DNA of 63,444 nt, the filler included, from Reclinomonas americana ATCC 50394 (taxonomy: Eukaryota): the NCBI GenBank assembly GCA_048213135.1. It is 21 parts of 21 records of this genome, joined end to end, with 100 filler letters (N's around TTAATTAATTAA, not from the genome) between each part and the next. Parts side by side here need not be neighbours in the genome. Positions count along the whole stretch, not along the records: positions 1 to 1,449 come from AFZH01023823.1; positions 1,550 to 2,988 come from AFZH01023825.1; positions 3,089 to 5,351 come from AFZH01023827.1; positions 5,452 to 8,513 come from AFZH01023828.1; positions 8,614 to 14,247 come from AFZH01023829.1; 16 more parts are not named here. One strand, written 5' to 3'. Shown here piece after piece: positions 1 through 10,001 of the stretch; position 1 is the first letter of the stretch, and every line of letters starts with the position of its first letter. The notes under the pieces were generated by a model, which was not told the origin of the DNA, searched no databases, and worked only from the letters and a program-made list of their open reading frames with translations. The translations under genes and the position numbers were made by a program.

Positions 1-93
1 GAGAGACCAGGCCGTCAGACTTTCGCGCTGCTCGAGCGCCGTGACGATCCGCGTGAGGAGCTCAGCATCACCAGAGCGTCGGGGTCGAACCAT
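1..93 (-). CDS. TetR-family regulator, N-terminal fragment (runs off window start)
   Basis: Not in ORF track. Reverse strand from ATG at 93 reads MVRPRRSGDAELLTRIVTALEQRESLTAWSL, a typical TetR N-terminus (M-x-RPR). An operator-like palindrome abuts the start. Confidence 0.6.
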   Translation of the reverse strand, partial: MVRPRRSGDAELLTRIVTALEQRESLTAWSL

Positions 94-123
94 GGCATTA
101 GTAAATCACAGTTCACTAATGCC
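94..123. promoter_or_regulatory. Palindromic operator (probable TetR site)
   Basis: GGCATTAGTAAA-tcacag-TTCACTAATGCC; 11/12 bp inverted repeat, AT-rich in a high-GC context, directly upstream of the TetR ATG. Confidence 0.65.
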
Positions 124-176
124 GTGTCCTCGGGACATGCACCCTGACGCTGCTCTGAACGGCGTGGCACAGCTGC

Positions 177-1256
177 TCAGGAATTGGATTCGGCATTCGA
201 CGGATGATGCTCCGCGATGTACGACAGCCGTCGATGCTCGGTCTCGAACCCGAGGCGGAAGTACAGCTCGTTGGCCCTCGACTCCGATGCGCTGTCCACG
301 TCCAGCGTCACCGAATCGATTGCCTGGTGAGCGGCCGACGCGACAAGATCGCCGAGCAGGGCTGCGCCCAGTCCCCGGCGTCGGTGCGTATCTTCGACAC
401 CGAGCGAAGCGAGATACGCCGCCGAGTCCGTGCGGCTTCCGTGCTCGTCAAGGCTGTGCTCGACGAGCGTGTAGGCGACGACCTGACGCGATTCATCGAG
501 GACGACCTTCGACAGAGTCCTGTCGAAGACCGGGCGCTCGACGTGCTGCGCCCATCCGTCGACGTCGAAGTCATGCGCACCCCACTGATCGCGGAAGGCC
601 GTATTCCTGAGTCGGCGCACCGGCTCGCTGTGCTGATCACTGAACTGCTCGATCGTGTAGCCGCGCGGGGTGGTCGCGGTCAGCGGGGTATCGGTGCTCC
701 TCTTCAGATGCAGATACTCTCGCGCCGACGAGAATCCTTCTCCGTGGAGAAGCGCGCGAGTATCCACCGCTCCGGCATCGGCGTACGTCAAGAGCCGCAG
801 CGAGGCAGGGTCGCCGAGCGAACTCAACCACGCGAACCCCTGATCTCGTTGCCAGGCGACCATCCGTCGGCCCAGTCCCTGACGACGCGCATCAGGGGAG
901 ACAGCACCGAGCATCAAGGCGGTGACCGGAGATGTGTCCATGGAGAAGGGGAGCACCATCGCGTAGGCGATGATTCGACCGGATTCATCAGCTCCGACGA
1001 TGCCGATGCCCTCGCCTGTGCTGATGGCAGCGAGGTCTTCGGACACCTCTTCTGCCGGGACCGTGAAGTACGGATGATCTATCGCTCCGGCACCGGATGC
1101 CACCGCGTGGATCGCATCCGCGTCATCGACCGACGCTCGTCTCCACTGGATTTGCCCTGGCCCGAGCGGAACGACAGCCGACCGATCGCGTGAGGGCGGG
1201 CCCGGTGTGCGGGTGGCAGCATCTTGTTCGCACTCTGGCGCGACCTCTTTATTCAT
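177..1256 (-). CDS. Tandem-domain GNAT family N-acetyltransferase
   Basis: Two acetyl-CoA motifs (VSPDARRQGLG and VEDTHRRRGLG) and C-terminal ANELYFRLGF. ATG at 1256 follows GGGGAG. Confidence 0.85.
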   Translation of the reverse strand: MNKEVAPECEQDAATRTPGPPSRDRSAVVPLGPGQIQWRRASVDDADAIHAVASGAGAIDHPYFTVPAEEVSEDLAAISTGEGIGIVGADESGRIIAYAMVLPFSMDTSPVTALMLGAVSPDARRQGLGRRMVAWQRDQGFAWLSSLGDPASLRLLTYADAGAVDTRALLHGEGFSSAREYLHLKRSTDTPLTATTPRGYTIEQFSDQHSEPVRRLRNTAFRDQWGAHDFDVDGWAQHVERPVFDRTLSKVVLDESRQVVAYTLVEHSLDEHGSRTDSAAYLASLGVEDTHRRRGLGAALLGDLVASAAHQAIDSVTLDVDSASESRANELYFRLGFETEHRRLSYIAEHHPSNAESNS

Positions 1257-1449
1257 GCTCCCCACGGTATGAGGGACGCGCCGCCTCGGTGCGGCTTCGG
1301 CGGCTCGTGCAACGCAACGCCAACGTACGAACTGCAGCGATTCCTCAGTGAGGTCGCGCGTCGGTCACGGGTGTGGGTGCGAGTCCCGGAAACGGGACGG
1401 AGGCCCTCCGTTGTCGCAAGGTTGTCGCCCCGGTTTCGCTCGTATGACG

Positions 1450-1549
1450 NNNNNNNNNNNNNNNNNNNNNNNNNNNNNNNNNNNNNNNNNNNNTTAATTA
1501 ATTAANNNNNNNNNNNNNNNNNNNNNNNNNNNNNNNNNNNNNNNNNNNN
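1450..1549. other. Artificial 100-nt contig linker (first of 20)
   Basis: N44-TTAATTAATTAA-N44. Other copies start at 2989, 5352, 8514, 14248, 15744, 16908, 18367, 20857, 22540, 24117, 26806, 28114, 30465, 34568, 36807, 49149, 53835, 57344 and 60047. Confidence 0.98.
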
Positions 1550-2988
1550 GTACGCGATGTAGGCGAGAAGGCTTGCGGTCGCGAGAGTGTCACCTCCTGC
1601 AGCGGCCCGCTCGAGGCCGATTCGAACGTACTCGAACGCCGATTCCGCGTCTCCGGACTGGTACGCGAGGTTCACGATGCCCAGAAGTGCGCGGGCTTCG
1701 ATCGAAGGATCGCTCTCGCCGGGGATGGCCAGGGCGCGGTCGATGACCGCCCGGCCCTCGACGAGCCATCCGCGCTTGAACCAATGCCAGGCCTGGCCGC
1801 CCGAGAGCCTCAATGCCAGGTCTCTCCGACCTGCGTCGATCGCGTGCTCGGTCGCCAGGTGCAGGTCTGCGGCGAGTGCGTCGAGCGTGGCATGTGCTGC
1901 TTGGGCGTCGTGCGTGCGGATTGTCGGCGCGACGCGGTCGACGAGGTCGGCGAAGTAGGCGGTGTGCCGCACGTACCAGGCGGCGGTCGCCTCCGTGTCC
2001 CTTCGGGGCCGCACGAAGGCGCGCATGGATTCCAGCAGCCGATAGCGCCTCTGCCCGCCCTCCGTCTCGTCGACGGCGACCAGGGACTTGCGCGCGAGCG
2101 CGAGCGTGAGGTCGCGCGCGGATCGTTCGCCAGCGGTGCAGATGCTCTCGACCGCGTCGAGCGTGAAGAGGCCGGCAAAGCTCGACAACTCGACGAGCAC
2201 GGCGAACTCGTCGGGCTCGAGGTTGTCCGTGCTCCAGCGGATCGTGCTCTCCAGGGTCGCATGGCGTTCTCCTGCTCGCGCATCCCCGGCAAGATGCTCG
2301 CCGCGTTCGAGTGCTGAGGTGAGCTCCTTGACGCTCAGCACGTCAGTGCGGGCGGCGGCCAATTCCAGGGCGAGGGGGAGCCCGTCGAGAAGACGGCACA
2401 GGCGTCGGATCGTCGCGGTCTCGTCGGCGGATCCCTCTGCGCCCCCGCGGGCCGCAGCTGACCGCTCTCGGAAGAGCTCGACGGCGCGCTCGGATGACTC
2501 GCCGATCAACCCGTGCACCCGGATGATGAACTCTCCGGCGATGCCGAGCGGTTCCCGGGAGGTGACGAGTACCGCGAGACCGTCGCAACGCGCGAGAAGT
2601 CCTCTGACGAGAGCGCGGGTCGTCGAGATCACGTGCTCCGCGTTGTCGAGGATCAGCAGCGTGGCGCGCCCTTCGATTCGTGCCGCGATGCTCTCCAACG
2701 ACGGGGAGACGGCCCCAAGCGTGTCGGCAGTGGTCGCGAGCACGTCTCCTCCGGCAGCGACGGTCGAGAGATCGACCATCCACTGCTCCGTATCGATCGT
2801 GCGGGTGGATCGGCGAGCGCTCTCGATCGCGAGACGCGTCTTCCCGACGCCGCCGGGACCGACGAGACTGACCAGGCGATGGGCGCTGCGTGCCTCTTCG
2901 ATTCGTCGCAGCTCATCGTCCCGGCCGAAGAGCTGAGTGAGGGGCACGGGGATCGCGTGCCGCTCGACGTGCTTCTCCGTCGAGCTGC
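1550..2988 (-). CDS. AfsR/SARP-type STAND (NB-ARC-like) ATPase regulator with TPR-like C-terminus, truncated both ends
   Basis: PLTQLFGR, Walker A GPGGVGKT, Walker B LLILDNAEH, VTSREPL, LDGLPLALELAAAR and RYRLLE motifs. Confidence 0.85.
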
Positions 2989-3088
2989 NNNNNNNNNNNN
3001 NNNNNNNNNNNNNNNNNNNNNNNNNNNNNNNNTTAATTAATTAANNNNNNNNNNNNNNNNNNNNNNNNNNNNNNNNNNNNNNNNNNNN

Positions 3089-3386
3089 TGGACGGCAGCA
3101 TCTGTGCCGCGATGTAGACCAGGCAGAAGAACAATCCCATGTTCAGAGTTCCGAGGATCGCTGCCCGCCACCACCATGCCCCGCGGGGGAGTTGCCGCGC
3201 CACGAGCAACAGAACGATGCCGGCCGGCAGGGCGCGGATGGCGGACCCCCACAGAGGTGAATCGAGCGGCAGGAACTCCCTCGTCACCCAGTACGTCGAT
3301 CCGAATGCCACGGGCGCCACCGCGACGATCAGCGGCCAGCGCAAGGGGCGCCAAAGCCGCCGGATCGACCTCAGAATGATTTCCAT
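3089..3386 (-). CDS. EamA/DMT transporter (PecM-like), 3' truncated
   Basis: APVAFGSTYWVT..LP...PLWGSAIRALPAG..LNMGLFF; divergent from a MarR gene. Confidence 0.8.
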
Positions 3387-3420
3387 GGAAACCACTATAG
3401 CTTCCACGGAAACTATAGTG
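3381..3420. promoter_or_regulatory. Twin palindromic MarR (PecS-like) operators
   Basis: TTCCATGGAA (3381-3390, over the EamA start codon) and CACTATAG-c-TTCCACGGAA-a-CTATAGTG (3393-3420). Confidence 0.75.
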
Positions 3421-3425
3421 GCAAC

Positions 3426-3941
3426 ATGAATGAACCTGATCGTGTCGCACGGATGATCGAACAGTGGAATCGTGAGCGCCCGGACATCGATCCGAGTGCC
3501 ATGGCCGTGATCGGCAGGATGCGCCGACTCTCCGACACGTTCACAGGAGTGTTGACGGACAACTACCGGTCGTACGGCGTCGGCGAGGGCGAGTTCGACG
3601 TGATGTGCGCCCTTCGAAGGGCCGGGCGGCCGTTCACGCTTCCTCAGGGGGAGATCGCCGAGCACACCATGGTCACGGCCGGCGCCACCTCGAAACGCGT
3701 GGATCGACTCGTCGGCGCCGGTCTCGTGTCTCGTGAACAGCAGGCCGGCGACGCCAGAGGGAGGATGGTGTCGCTCACTCCGCAGGGCCTGGAACTCATC
3801 GACGAGATGTATCCCCGGCACCTGGAGAAGGAGCGGCACCTCCTCGCTCCGCTGACCGCGGTAGAGCAGTCCACGCTCGAGAGGCTTCTGCGAAAGCTGT
3901 CCTTCGGGACCGAGGCGCAGGTCGGCATCCCGCCTATCTAG
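3426..3941 (+). CDS. MarR family regulator, PecS/UrtR-like
   Basis: QWNRERPDID N-terminal helix, EFDVMCALRR, wHTH and DARG wing. Confidence 0.85.
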   Translation: MNEPDRVARMIEQWNRERPDIDPSAMAVIGRMRRLSDTFTGVLTDNYRSYGVGEGEFDVMCALRRAGRPFTLPQGEIAEHTMVTAGATSKRVDRLVGAGLVSREQQAGDARGRMVSLTPQGLELIDEMYPRHLEKERHLLAPLTAVEQSTLERLLRKLSFGTEAQVGIPPI

Positions 3942-3988
3942 GGCTCCTCTGCCGGCCGCGAACATCGGCGCGCTCCTGCCTCGTGGTG

Positions 3989-5351
3989 CTAGCCGCAGAG
4001 CGCGGGATCTGCGCGGGTGATCCGAAGCGGAACGTCCTCCGGGTCGTTGTGCATGATGTAGTCCTCGCCCTCCGGCACGAGCCAGAACCTGGTGCCAGGG
4101 TGGATCCAGTCGCCGCCGTTCGTCGGGCTGGAGGTGTACTGCGCCTCCAGGTTGTCGTCGAATTCGAGGACGGTGGACCAGGTCTCCTCGATCATGGGAA
4201 CACTGATGGAGACGTCCCACGGGCCGCGAATGCCTGTGCAGCTCAGGCCGGAGTACTCGGCGGAGTCGAAGGATCCCGAGAGTGCCCACACATCACCGCC
4301 GACCGTGATGCCGATCCCGCCGCGCCCGATTCCTCGGCGGGTGACGACCTCGAAGTCGGGATCCACCTTGCCGTACTGCTGGCCTGCGATGAACTGGTAG
4401 TCCGCGTCGGCGATCTGCTGACGTCCCGTCGGGTTCACGGTCGAGTCGCCGATGATCTGGGTGAGCTCCACCGTCCCGCGAGTGATCTTCTCGCCGTCGA
4501 CAGTGCTGACCGCATCCACCCACAGCTGCTGCTTCTCGCCGGGTCCGGGAGTGAGCTCCTCAGCCTCGACCAGGACGTCGACGCAGTTGCCGTCACGCCA
4601 GTAGTCCTCGGAGGCGCGGGCGACGAGGAGGGCGATCTGTTCGGCCAGGTCGTCCACCTGTGCGGAGAACGCTCCGTCGAGCTGCTCGTCGGCCGTCAAC
4701 TCGCCTCGGTCCTGCACGCCCTCATCCCCGAACTCGAAGGCGTAGGCGTTGTCGTCACGACGGTCGGCGTCGGGGTCCGGTACGTCTGTGGGCGAGTCGG
4801 TCGACGGCGAGCCGGTGCGCACGGCGGAGTCGACGCGTGCCCAGAGGTCGGCGGCGTACGCCTCGTCGTTCACGTGGGTGATGGTCTTCATGTCGATGTC
4901 GATCGTGGTTCGCTTCGGCTGCCCTCCACTCGGCGTGAACGTCACGGCCGCGGTGGTGAAGAACGCCCCCTCTGCCGCGCCGTACTCATCCGGGCATGCG
5001 CCGACGGAGAACGCTCCCTCGAGAGCGACGGTGACCGAATCGCCGGACTCATCGGTGTCGCTGATCGAGCTGGCGAACTGCCCGGACGCCTGCCCCTTAT
5101 CCACGTTCCAGGAGCTGGACGGATTGTGACCTGCGGGGGACGAGTATTCGGCGGCGTGTCCCGCCGAATCTCGCGATGCGTCGCCCAGCGCGTCGCGGAG
5201 CAACTGGTGCAGGACGCTGAGGCTGTTGGTCGCCGCACCGACGGTCTCGGAGTCCGGCTGGGGGACCGGGTACTCCGCCCGGGCGGATGCTGTCGCTCCT
5301 CCTGTGACGTGGGACGCCGCGATGAACAACGGGCCCGCGCTGCTTTCGTCG
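3989..5351 (-). CDS. Hypothetical acidic, beta-rich extracytoplasmic protein (5' truncated; probably C-terminal part of the lipoprotein at 5452-5787)
   Basis: Long ORF with coding-like codon bias, open into the gap; no recognisable family. Confidence 0.55.
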
Positions 5352-5451
5352 NNNNNNNNNNNNNNNNNNNNNNNNNNNNNNNNNNNNNNNNNNNNTTAAT
5401 TAATTAANNNNNNNNNNNNNNNNNNNNNNNNNNNNNNNNNNNNNNNNNNNN

Positions 5452-5787
5452 AGAATCAACATTGGCCTGCTGTACGGCCAAGGCGGATGTACGGTACAGC
5501 AGCGCGACCGGCGACGTGGTGTCACCGAACCTGGGCAGGCGCTGAGCGGCGTCGTCGGCTGACACGCCCCAGGCCTCGTTCATGCCGAGCTCGCGGACGA
5601 ACTCCGCATCGAGGTCGTGCTCGGCCTCGCTCAATGCCCGGGCTCCGCTCTCCACCGAATCGAACGACCAATCGCGGGTGCTCGCAGGGCCATCCTCGGT
5701 CGACGGCGGAATGACTGAGCAGCCCGCGAGCGTCGACAGCGTGAGCAGAGCGGCGACGCCCAGAAGCAGGGATTTGCGGCAGGACAT
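5452..5787 (-). CDS. Lipoprotein, N-terminal part
   Basis: Signal peptide with lipobox LAG-C (MSCRKSLLLGVAALLTLSTLAGC); runs into gap. Confidence 0.65.
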
Positions 5788-5956
5788 GGGGCTTCCTTCA
5801 AGTGACGCGGTGAGCGCGGTGCTCGCCGGTGATGTTCCTCACGCTAGGAGGGCCGATCGTTCGTCGAATCGGCGATACCCGGTCTGCAATCTTGCAGCAA
5901 CGTTCGGTGAGGGCGGCCGACCTGCCGCTTGCCTACCCGCTGAGGCATCCGGGGGG

Positions 5957-7072
5957 TCAGAGACCTCCAATGGCGTTCTCGACCGCCGTGGCGAGAGCGT
6001 CGACTCGGTCGAATGTCCCCAGCCCTCGCGTCACGTAGGCCATCGAGTAGTCGAGTCCGGGGTCGTACCACGCGCAGCTTCCGCCGATGCCTCCCATACC
6101 GAACCCGCCGCCGTCGACACGCAGACCCAAGGACCAGGATGCGGAGGACTCGAGGAAGTGATCGAAGCCCGTGGCCTGGGGTTTCGTGAACTCCTCGTGG
6201 AGTTGAGGTCCCAGATACTCGGCGAGGGTGCCATCGCGGCGTGGCAGGTCGTCGTAGAACCGGGCGAGACCGGACGCGTTCGTGATCAGACCGTCGGCGG
6301 GGAAGGTCGCACGCCGGGAGGCGGCGGTGTTGGTGTGTCTGGGATCGAGTCGGCCAGTCGGTATCGTCAAGGCTCGACACGAGAGGTCTCGCTGCAGGTA
6401 TTCGCCCACCCACGCCTGATCCATGATCTCGAGATCCGCCACTCGACCGAGCAACTCCTCGGGTACGCCGAACCAGAAGTCCGCGCCGAACTCTCGGGCG
6501 AACTCGGCTACAGCGGTGCGAACATCGTCGGCGCTTCCGGCGGCCAGGGCACCTTCGATCAGGTGTCCGTAGGTCAATGCATGCTCGGCGATGACCTGAC
6601 CGGGAGCCCACAGGGGCTCCTGCGAGACGAGGTCCGCGATGAGCCGCGCCGAGTCCAGGGGGTCGGCTGTCCGGACACCTTCGGAGAACGCCGGGAGCCC
6701 GGCCGTGTGACTGAGGATGTGGCGCAGGGTTGTCGACGACTTGTTGTGCTGTCCGAACTCCGGCCACCAGCGGGTGATGGGCGCATCAAGGGTCAGGTGT
6801 CGCAGCTCGACGGCCTTCAACGCTGCGAGGGCGGCGAAGGGCTTCCCTGTCGAGTACGTCATAGCAAGGGTGTCGGCGCACCACGGGCGCTGGCGACCCG
6901 CATCCTGCCAGCCGGCATGCAACTCGACGAGCGGTCGTCCGTCGCGCCACACGCTGACGCTTGCACCGATCTCCTCGCCGGTGCGGAACAGGTCGAAGAA
7001 GACCTCTCTCACGTTGTCAAAACCGGCCGCGAGCGTCGATGTCACGGTCGGAGCGTGCGATGCCGGGCTCAT
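5957..7072 (-). CDS. Serine hydrolase, beta-lactamase (family VIII esterase-like)
   Basis: SxxK motif YSTGK, LRHILSHTAGL, PLWAPG, HALTYG, GMGGIGGS. Confidence 0.85.
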   Translation of the reverse strand: MSPASHAPTVTSTLAAGFDNVREVFFDLFRTGEEIGASVSVWRDGRPLVELHAGWQDAGRQRPWCADTLAMTYSTGKPFAALAALKAVELRHLTLDAPITRWWPEFGQHNKSSTTLRHILSHTAGLPAFSEGVRTADPLDSARLIADLVSQEPLWAPGQVIAEHALTYGHLIEGALAAGSADDVRTAVAEFAREFGADFWFGVPEELLGRVADLEIMDQAWVGEYLQRDLSCRALTIPTGRLDPRHTNTAASRRATFPADGLITNASGLARFYDDLPRRDGTLAEYLGPQLHEEFTKPQATGFDHFLESSASWSLGLRVDGGGFGMGGIGGSCAWYDPGLDYSMAYVTRGLGTFDRVDALATAVENAIGGL

Positions 7073-7128
7073 GCGTGTCCTCTTCCGATGCGGGCGCTTT
7101 CCTTGACGCTGGCGGGATCGAGCCCGTT

Positions 7129-7485
7129 CTATCGCGCCGGGATCTCGTCGAGGCTGCGGTAGACGGGCAGACCGCGCTCGCGCGCGATCTCTTCGTCCTT
7201 ATCCGCTCCGGAGGACTCTCCGGGGAGACGCAGCACCGCATCGCAGTGCTGCAGCAGGCGGTACGCGGTCTCGTACATCACATCTCCGTCGACCGAGTCC
7301 TGCTCATCCATTCCGCGGAGGATCGGCAGCGCAACCCACTCGCCGATCATCGGTACGTGCCCGAGCCGGTGGATCGGGGCGGCGGCCTCTTCGAGGCGCT
7401 CGAGGTTCTTGGCGATGAGAGCGGAGTCTCCGCCCGTTCCCGAGCGGTAGGGGCCGGCAATCAGAATCAACATTGGCTTTTCCAT
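7129..7485 (-). CDS. DUF4406-like / nucleoside 2-deoxyribosyltransferase-fold protein
   Basis: ILIAGPYRSG...CDAVLRLPGESSGADKDEEIARERGLPVY. Confidence 0.7.
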   Translation of the reverse strand: MEKPMLILIAGPYRSGTGGDSALIAKNLERLEEAAAPIHRLGHVPMIGEWVALPILRGMDEQDSVDGDVMYETAYRLLQHCDAVLRLPGESSGADKDEEIARERGLPVYRSLDEIPAR

Positions 7486-7539
7486 GCTCACAGGCTAAGC
7501 TAAAACATGCAGAAACGTGAAACTTCGTAAAGGAATCGT

Positions 7540-8289
7540 ATGCTCGGTGCTCAGCGCAAGTCCCATCTCCTGCAGATTCTCGCCCGTGACGGAAGGGTCG
7601 TCGCGAAGGATGTCGCACACGAGCTCGGGTTGTCGGAGGACTCCATCCGCCGCGACCTTCGGGAGCTGGCGGAGGACGGGAGGCTGGTGCGCGTCTATGG
7701 CGGAGCCTTGCCGATCCCCGCTGCTGACCGACCCGTCGAGCAGCGGTTCGCCCTCGCCACGGAGAGCAAGATGCGCGTTGCGGAACGAGCGGCGGCGCTG
7801 ATCCGCCCGGGATCCACCGTCGTGCTGGATGCCGGCACCACCGCTCACCAACTGGCGCGGATGCTTCCGAGCCACTCGGCGCTCACCGTCATCACGCCGA
7901 GTCCGGGGATCGCGATCGAAGTCGCCGACCGGACGGACGCGCGCGTGGTGATGATCGGGGGAGAAGTCGCCCGCTACTCGATGGTCGCGAGCGGTCCGCT
8001 CGCGATGGAGGCCATTCATCACTTGGCCGCCGACGTCTTCTTCATGGGAGTCACGGGTATCGACCCGACTCGCGGACTGACCACGGGGAACCTCGACGAC
8101 GCCGCGACGAAGCGCGCGATCGCCGGTCGGTGCGAACAGACGTTCGTCCTCGGCAGCGAGGAGAAGGTCGGCGCCACGTCCCGCTTCCCCGTGATGGATC
8201 TCGATGACGTCGCGGGCGTCATCGTCGATCCGCTCGACCGCAATCCGCTCATCGAACGGCTTCCGATGGTCGTTGCTCGCTCGAGCTGA
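7540..8289 (+). CDS. DeoR/GlpR family transcriptional regulator
   Basis: SEDSIRRDLREL...RVYGGA HTH and LDAGTT sensor motif. Confidence 0.92.
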   Translation: MLGAQRKSHLLQILARDGRVVAKDVAHELGLSEDSIRRDLRELAEDGRLVRVYGGALPIPAADRPVEQRFALATESKMRVAERAAALIRPGSTVVLDAGTTAHQLARMLPSHSALTVITPSPGIAIEVADRTDARVVMIGGEVARYSMVASGPLAMEAIHHLAADVFFMGVTGIDPTRGLTTGNLDDAATKRAIAGRCEQTFVLGSEEKVGATSRFPVMDLDDVAGVIVDPLDRNPLIERLPMVVARSS

Positions 8290-8386
8290 GGGCATCGGCC
8301 GGAGGAGCAGGGTTCCGATGCCGCGCATTCACGAAAGCGATGCCCTCAGCGCGAGAGGCTTGTCCGCGCGCTTGCGGTCGGCTGAA

Positions 8387-8513
8387 CTATGCCACGCCGA
8401 CGTATCGCGCAGGATCGGCGTCGAAGGCCGGCCCGCACCCCGCGCAGCAGAAGTAGTACCGCGCTCCCTTGTGGTCTCGGTAGAGCCCCGCCGCCTCGGC
8501 GGCTGACGTGCTC
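8387..8513 (-). CDS. YHS domain protein, C-terminal fragment
   Basis: Not in ORF track. Reverse strand reads ..AEAAGLYRDHKGARYYFCCAGCGPAFDADPARYVGVA*, matching the YYFCC..C...F..DP.RY YHS pattern. Confidence 0.8.
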
Positions 8514-8834
8514 NNNNNNNNNNNNNNNNNNNNNNNNNNNNNNNNNNNNNNNNNNNNTTAATTAATTAANNNNNNNNNNNNNNNNNNNNNNNNNNNNNNN
8601 NNNNNNNNNNNNNTACGGCATCCTCACCCAGCGCTCCGGCCTGGAACGTGACGCGCGGACCGCGCGTCACTCCGATGTTCCCGTCCCGGACGACTTCCAG
8701 ATCGACAGGTGACGCGGCCGCGCCGCGCGAGACCGGCGATGCGGTGCCGCAGAAGCATCGCGCGGCGGTCTCCTCAACGGCGCCCTGACGCAGGTCTCGA
8801 CGAACTGATGGAAAGGGACCGTTCGAGGATCTCG

Positions 8835-9863
8835 TCAGCGGCGGGATCTGGCCGCCGTCGAGCGCCGCACGATCAGCTCCGTGGGCATCTCGATACGCTC
8901 GCCCACGCTGGCCGTTCCGTGCCGAAGCTCGTGGATGAACTCCACCGCTCGAGAGGCCATGTCCCTGATCGGCTGTCGTATCGTCGTCAGCGCCGGAACA
9001 AGGGTGGACGCGAGAGGCGTGTCGTCGAAGCCGACGACCGACACATCGGTCGGTATCTTCAGCCCGAGGTGCCGAGCGGCGCGATAGATGCCCGCCGCCA
9101 TGGCGTCGTTGCAGGCGAAGACCCCGACCGGGGGCGGTGACTTCTCGAGGATCGGTCGAAGCGCGGTCGTGAGATCGGCGTCCGTCCATGCAGCGCGGAT
9201 CGTCGTCACTTCGGCATCCGGCGAGAGGGCGGCGATCGCGTCTCGGAACCCCGCCTCGCGGGCGCGGCCGAAACGGAAGGGCGGATGCCCGACGACGACG
9301 ATGAAGTGCCGCAGATCCAGGTTCGCAAGATGCCGGCCGGCGTCGTAGCCGCCGGCGTAGTCCGTCGTCCCGATGCTCTCGACCTCGCCGTGCGGATCCG
9401 ACCGAGGGTCGAGCACGACGACCGGGATGTTGAGCCCTCGCAGCTGTGCGAGCTGACTCTGTGTCGGCCGGATGAGTCCGAGGATGACTCCGCCCGACCG
9501 TCGTGCCGCTGCACGCATGGGCCAGTCGTCCTCGGGCTGGTCGCGCTCCAGCGTGAGCACGAGGTCGTACCCCAGCCGTGCCGCCGAGACCCGCGCACCG
9601 CTCGCGACCTCGTCCGTCCAGGGGTCATCGAAGTCCCGGAGCACGAGTTCGATCATCCGCGGGTCGTTGGTCGCGGGGCGTCCGCGAGGGGCAGCGCTCC
9701 TGCGATACCCGAGGTCGCGCGCGAGTGTCTGGATGCGCGCTCTGGTCTCCGCAGGGAGGTCGCCGCGACCCGAGAGCGCGCGGGACACGGTCGACAGCGA
9801 GACCCCGGCTGCTCGGGCCAGGTCGGTCATCGTCAGCCCACTGTCATGCTCGTCCGATCGCAC
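8835..9863 (-). CDS. LacI family transcriptional regulator
   Basis: TMTDLARAAGVSLSTVSRAL HTH, FACNDAMA, SVVGFDD, LTTIRQP. Confidence 0.93.
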   Translation of the reverse strand: MRSDEHDSGLTMTDLARAAGVSLSTVSRALSGRGDLPAETRARIQTLARDLGYRRSAAPRGRPATNDPRMIELVLRDFDDPWTDEVASGARVSAARLGYDLVLTLERDQPEDDWPMRAAARRSGGVILGLIRPTQSQLAQLRGLNIPVVVLDPRSDPHGEVESIGTTDYAGGYDAGRHLANLDLRHFIVVVGHPPFRFGRAREAGFRDAIAALSPDAEVTTIRAAWTDADLTTALRPILEKSPPPVGVFACNDAMAAGIYRAARHLGLKIPTDVSVVGFDDTPLASTLVPALTTIRQPIRDMASRAVEFIHELRHGTASVGERIEMPTELIVRRSTAARSRR

Positions 9864-9871
9864 GGCCCCAT

Positions 9872-9910
9872 CTTATTGCGCAAGAAGTTCTCTCGCCCTA
9901 TCGCGCAGGA
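9872..9910. promoter_or_regulatory. LacI-type operator(s)
   Basis: Near-palindrome CTTATTGCGCAAGAAG (9872-9887) and a related copy CCTATCGCGCAGGA (9897-9910) between the divergent LacI and ABC genes. Confidence 0.55.
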
Positions 9911-10001
9911 CTTACTATCGCCACACACCCGGAACATACCGAAGACAGCGACACCCCTCCTGGCTTCACTTCACGATTCGCGCCTTCAAGCAGGTAGGTC
10001 A

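Noticed and set aside
1494..1505. Recurring TTAATTAATTAA palindrome as a biological repeat or CRISPR-like array
   Set aside because: Always centred in 88 Ns with identical geometry; a synthetic six-frame stop linker
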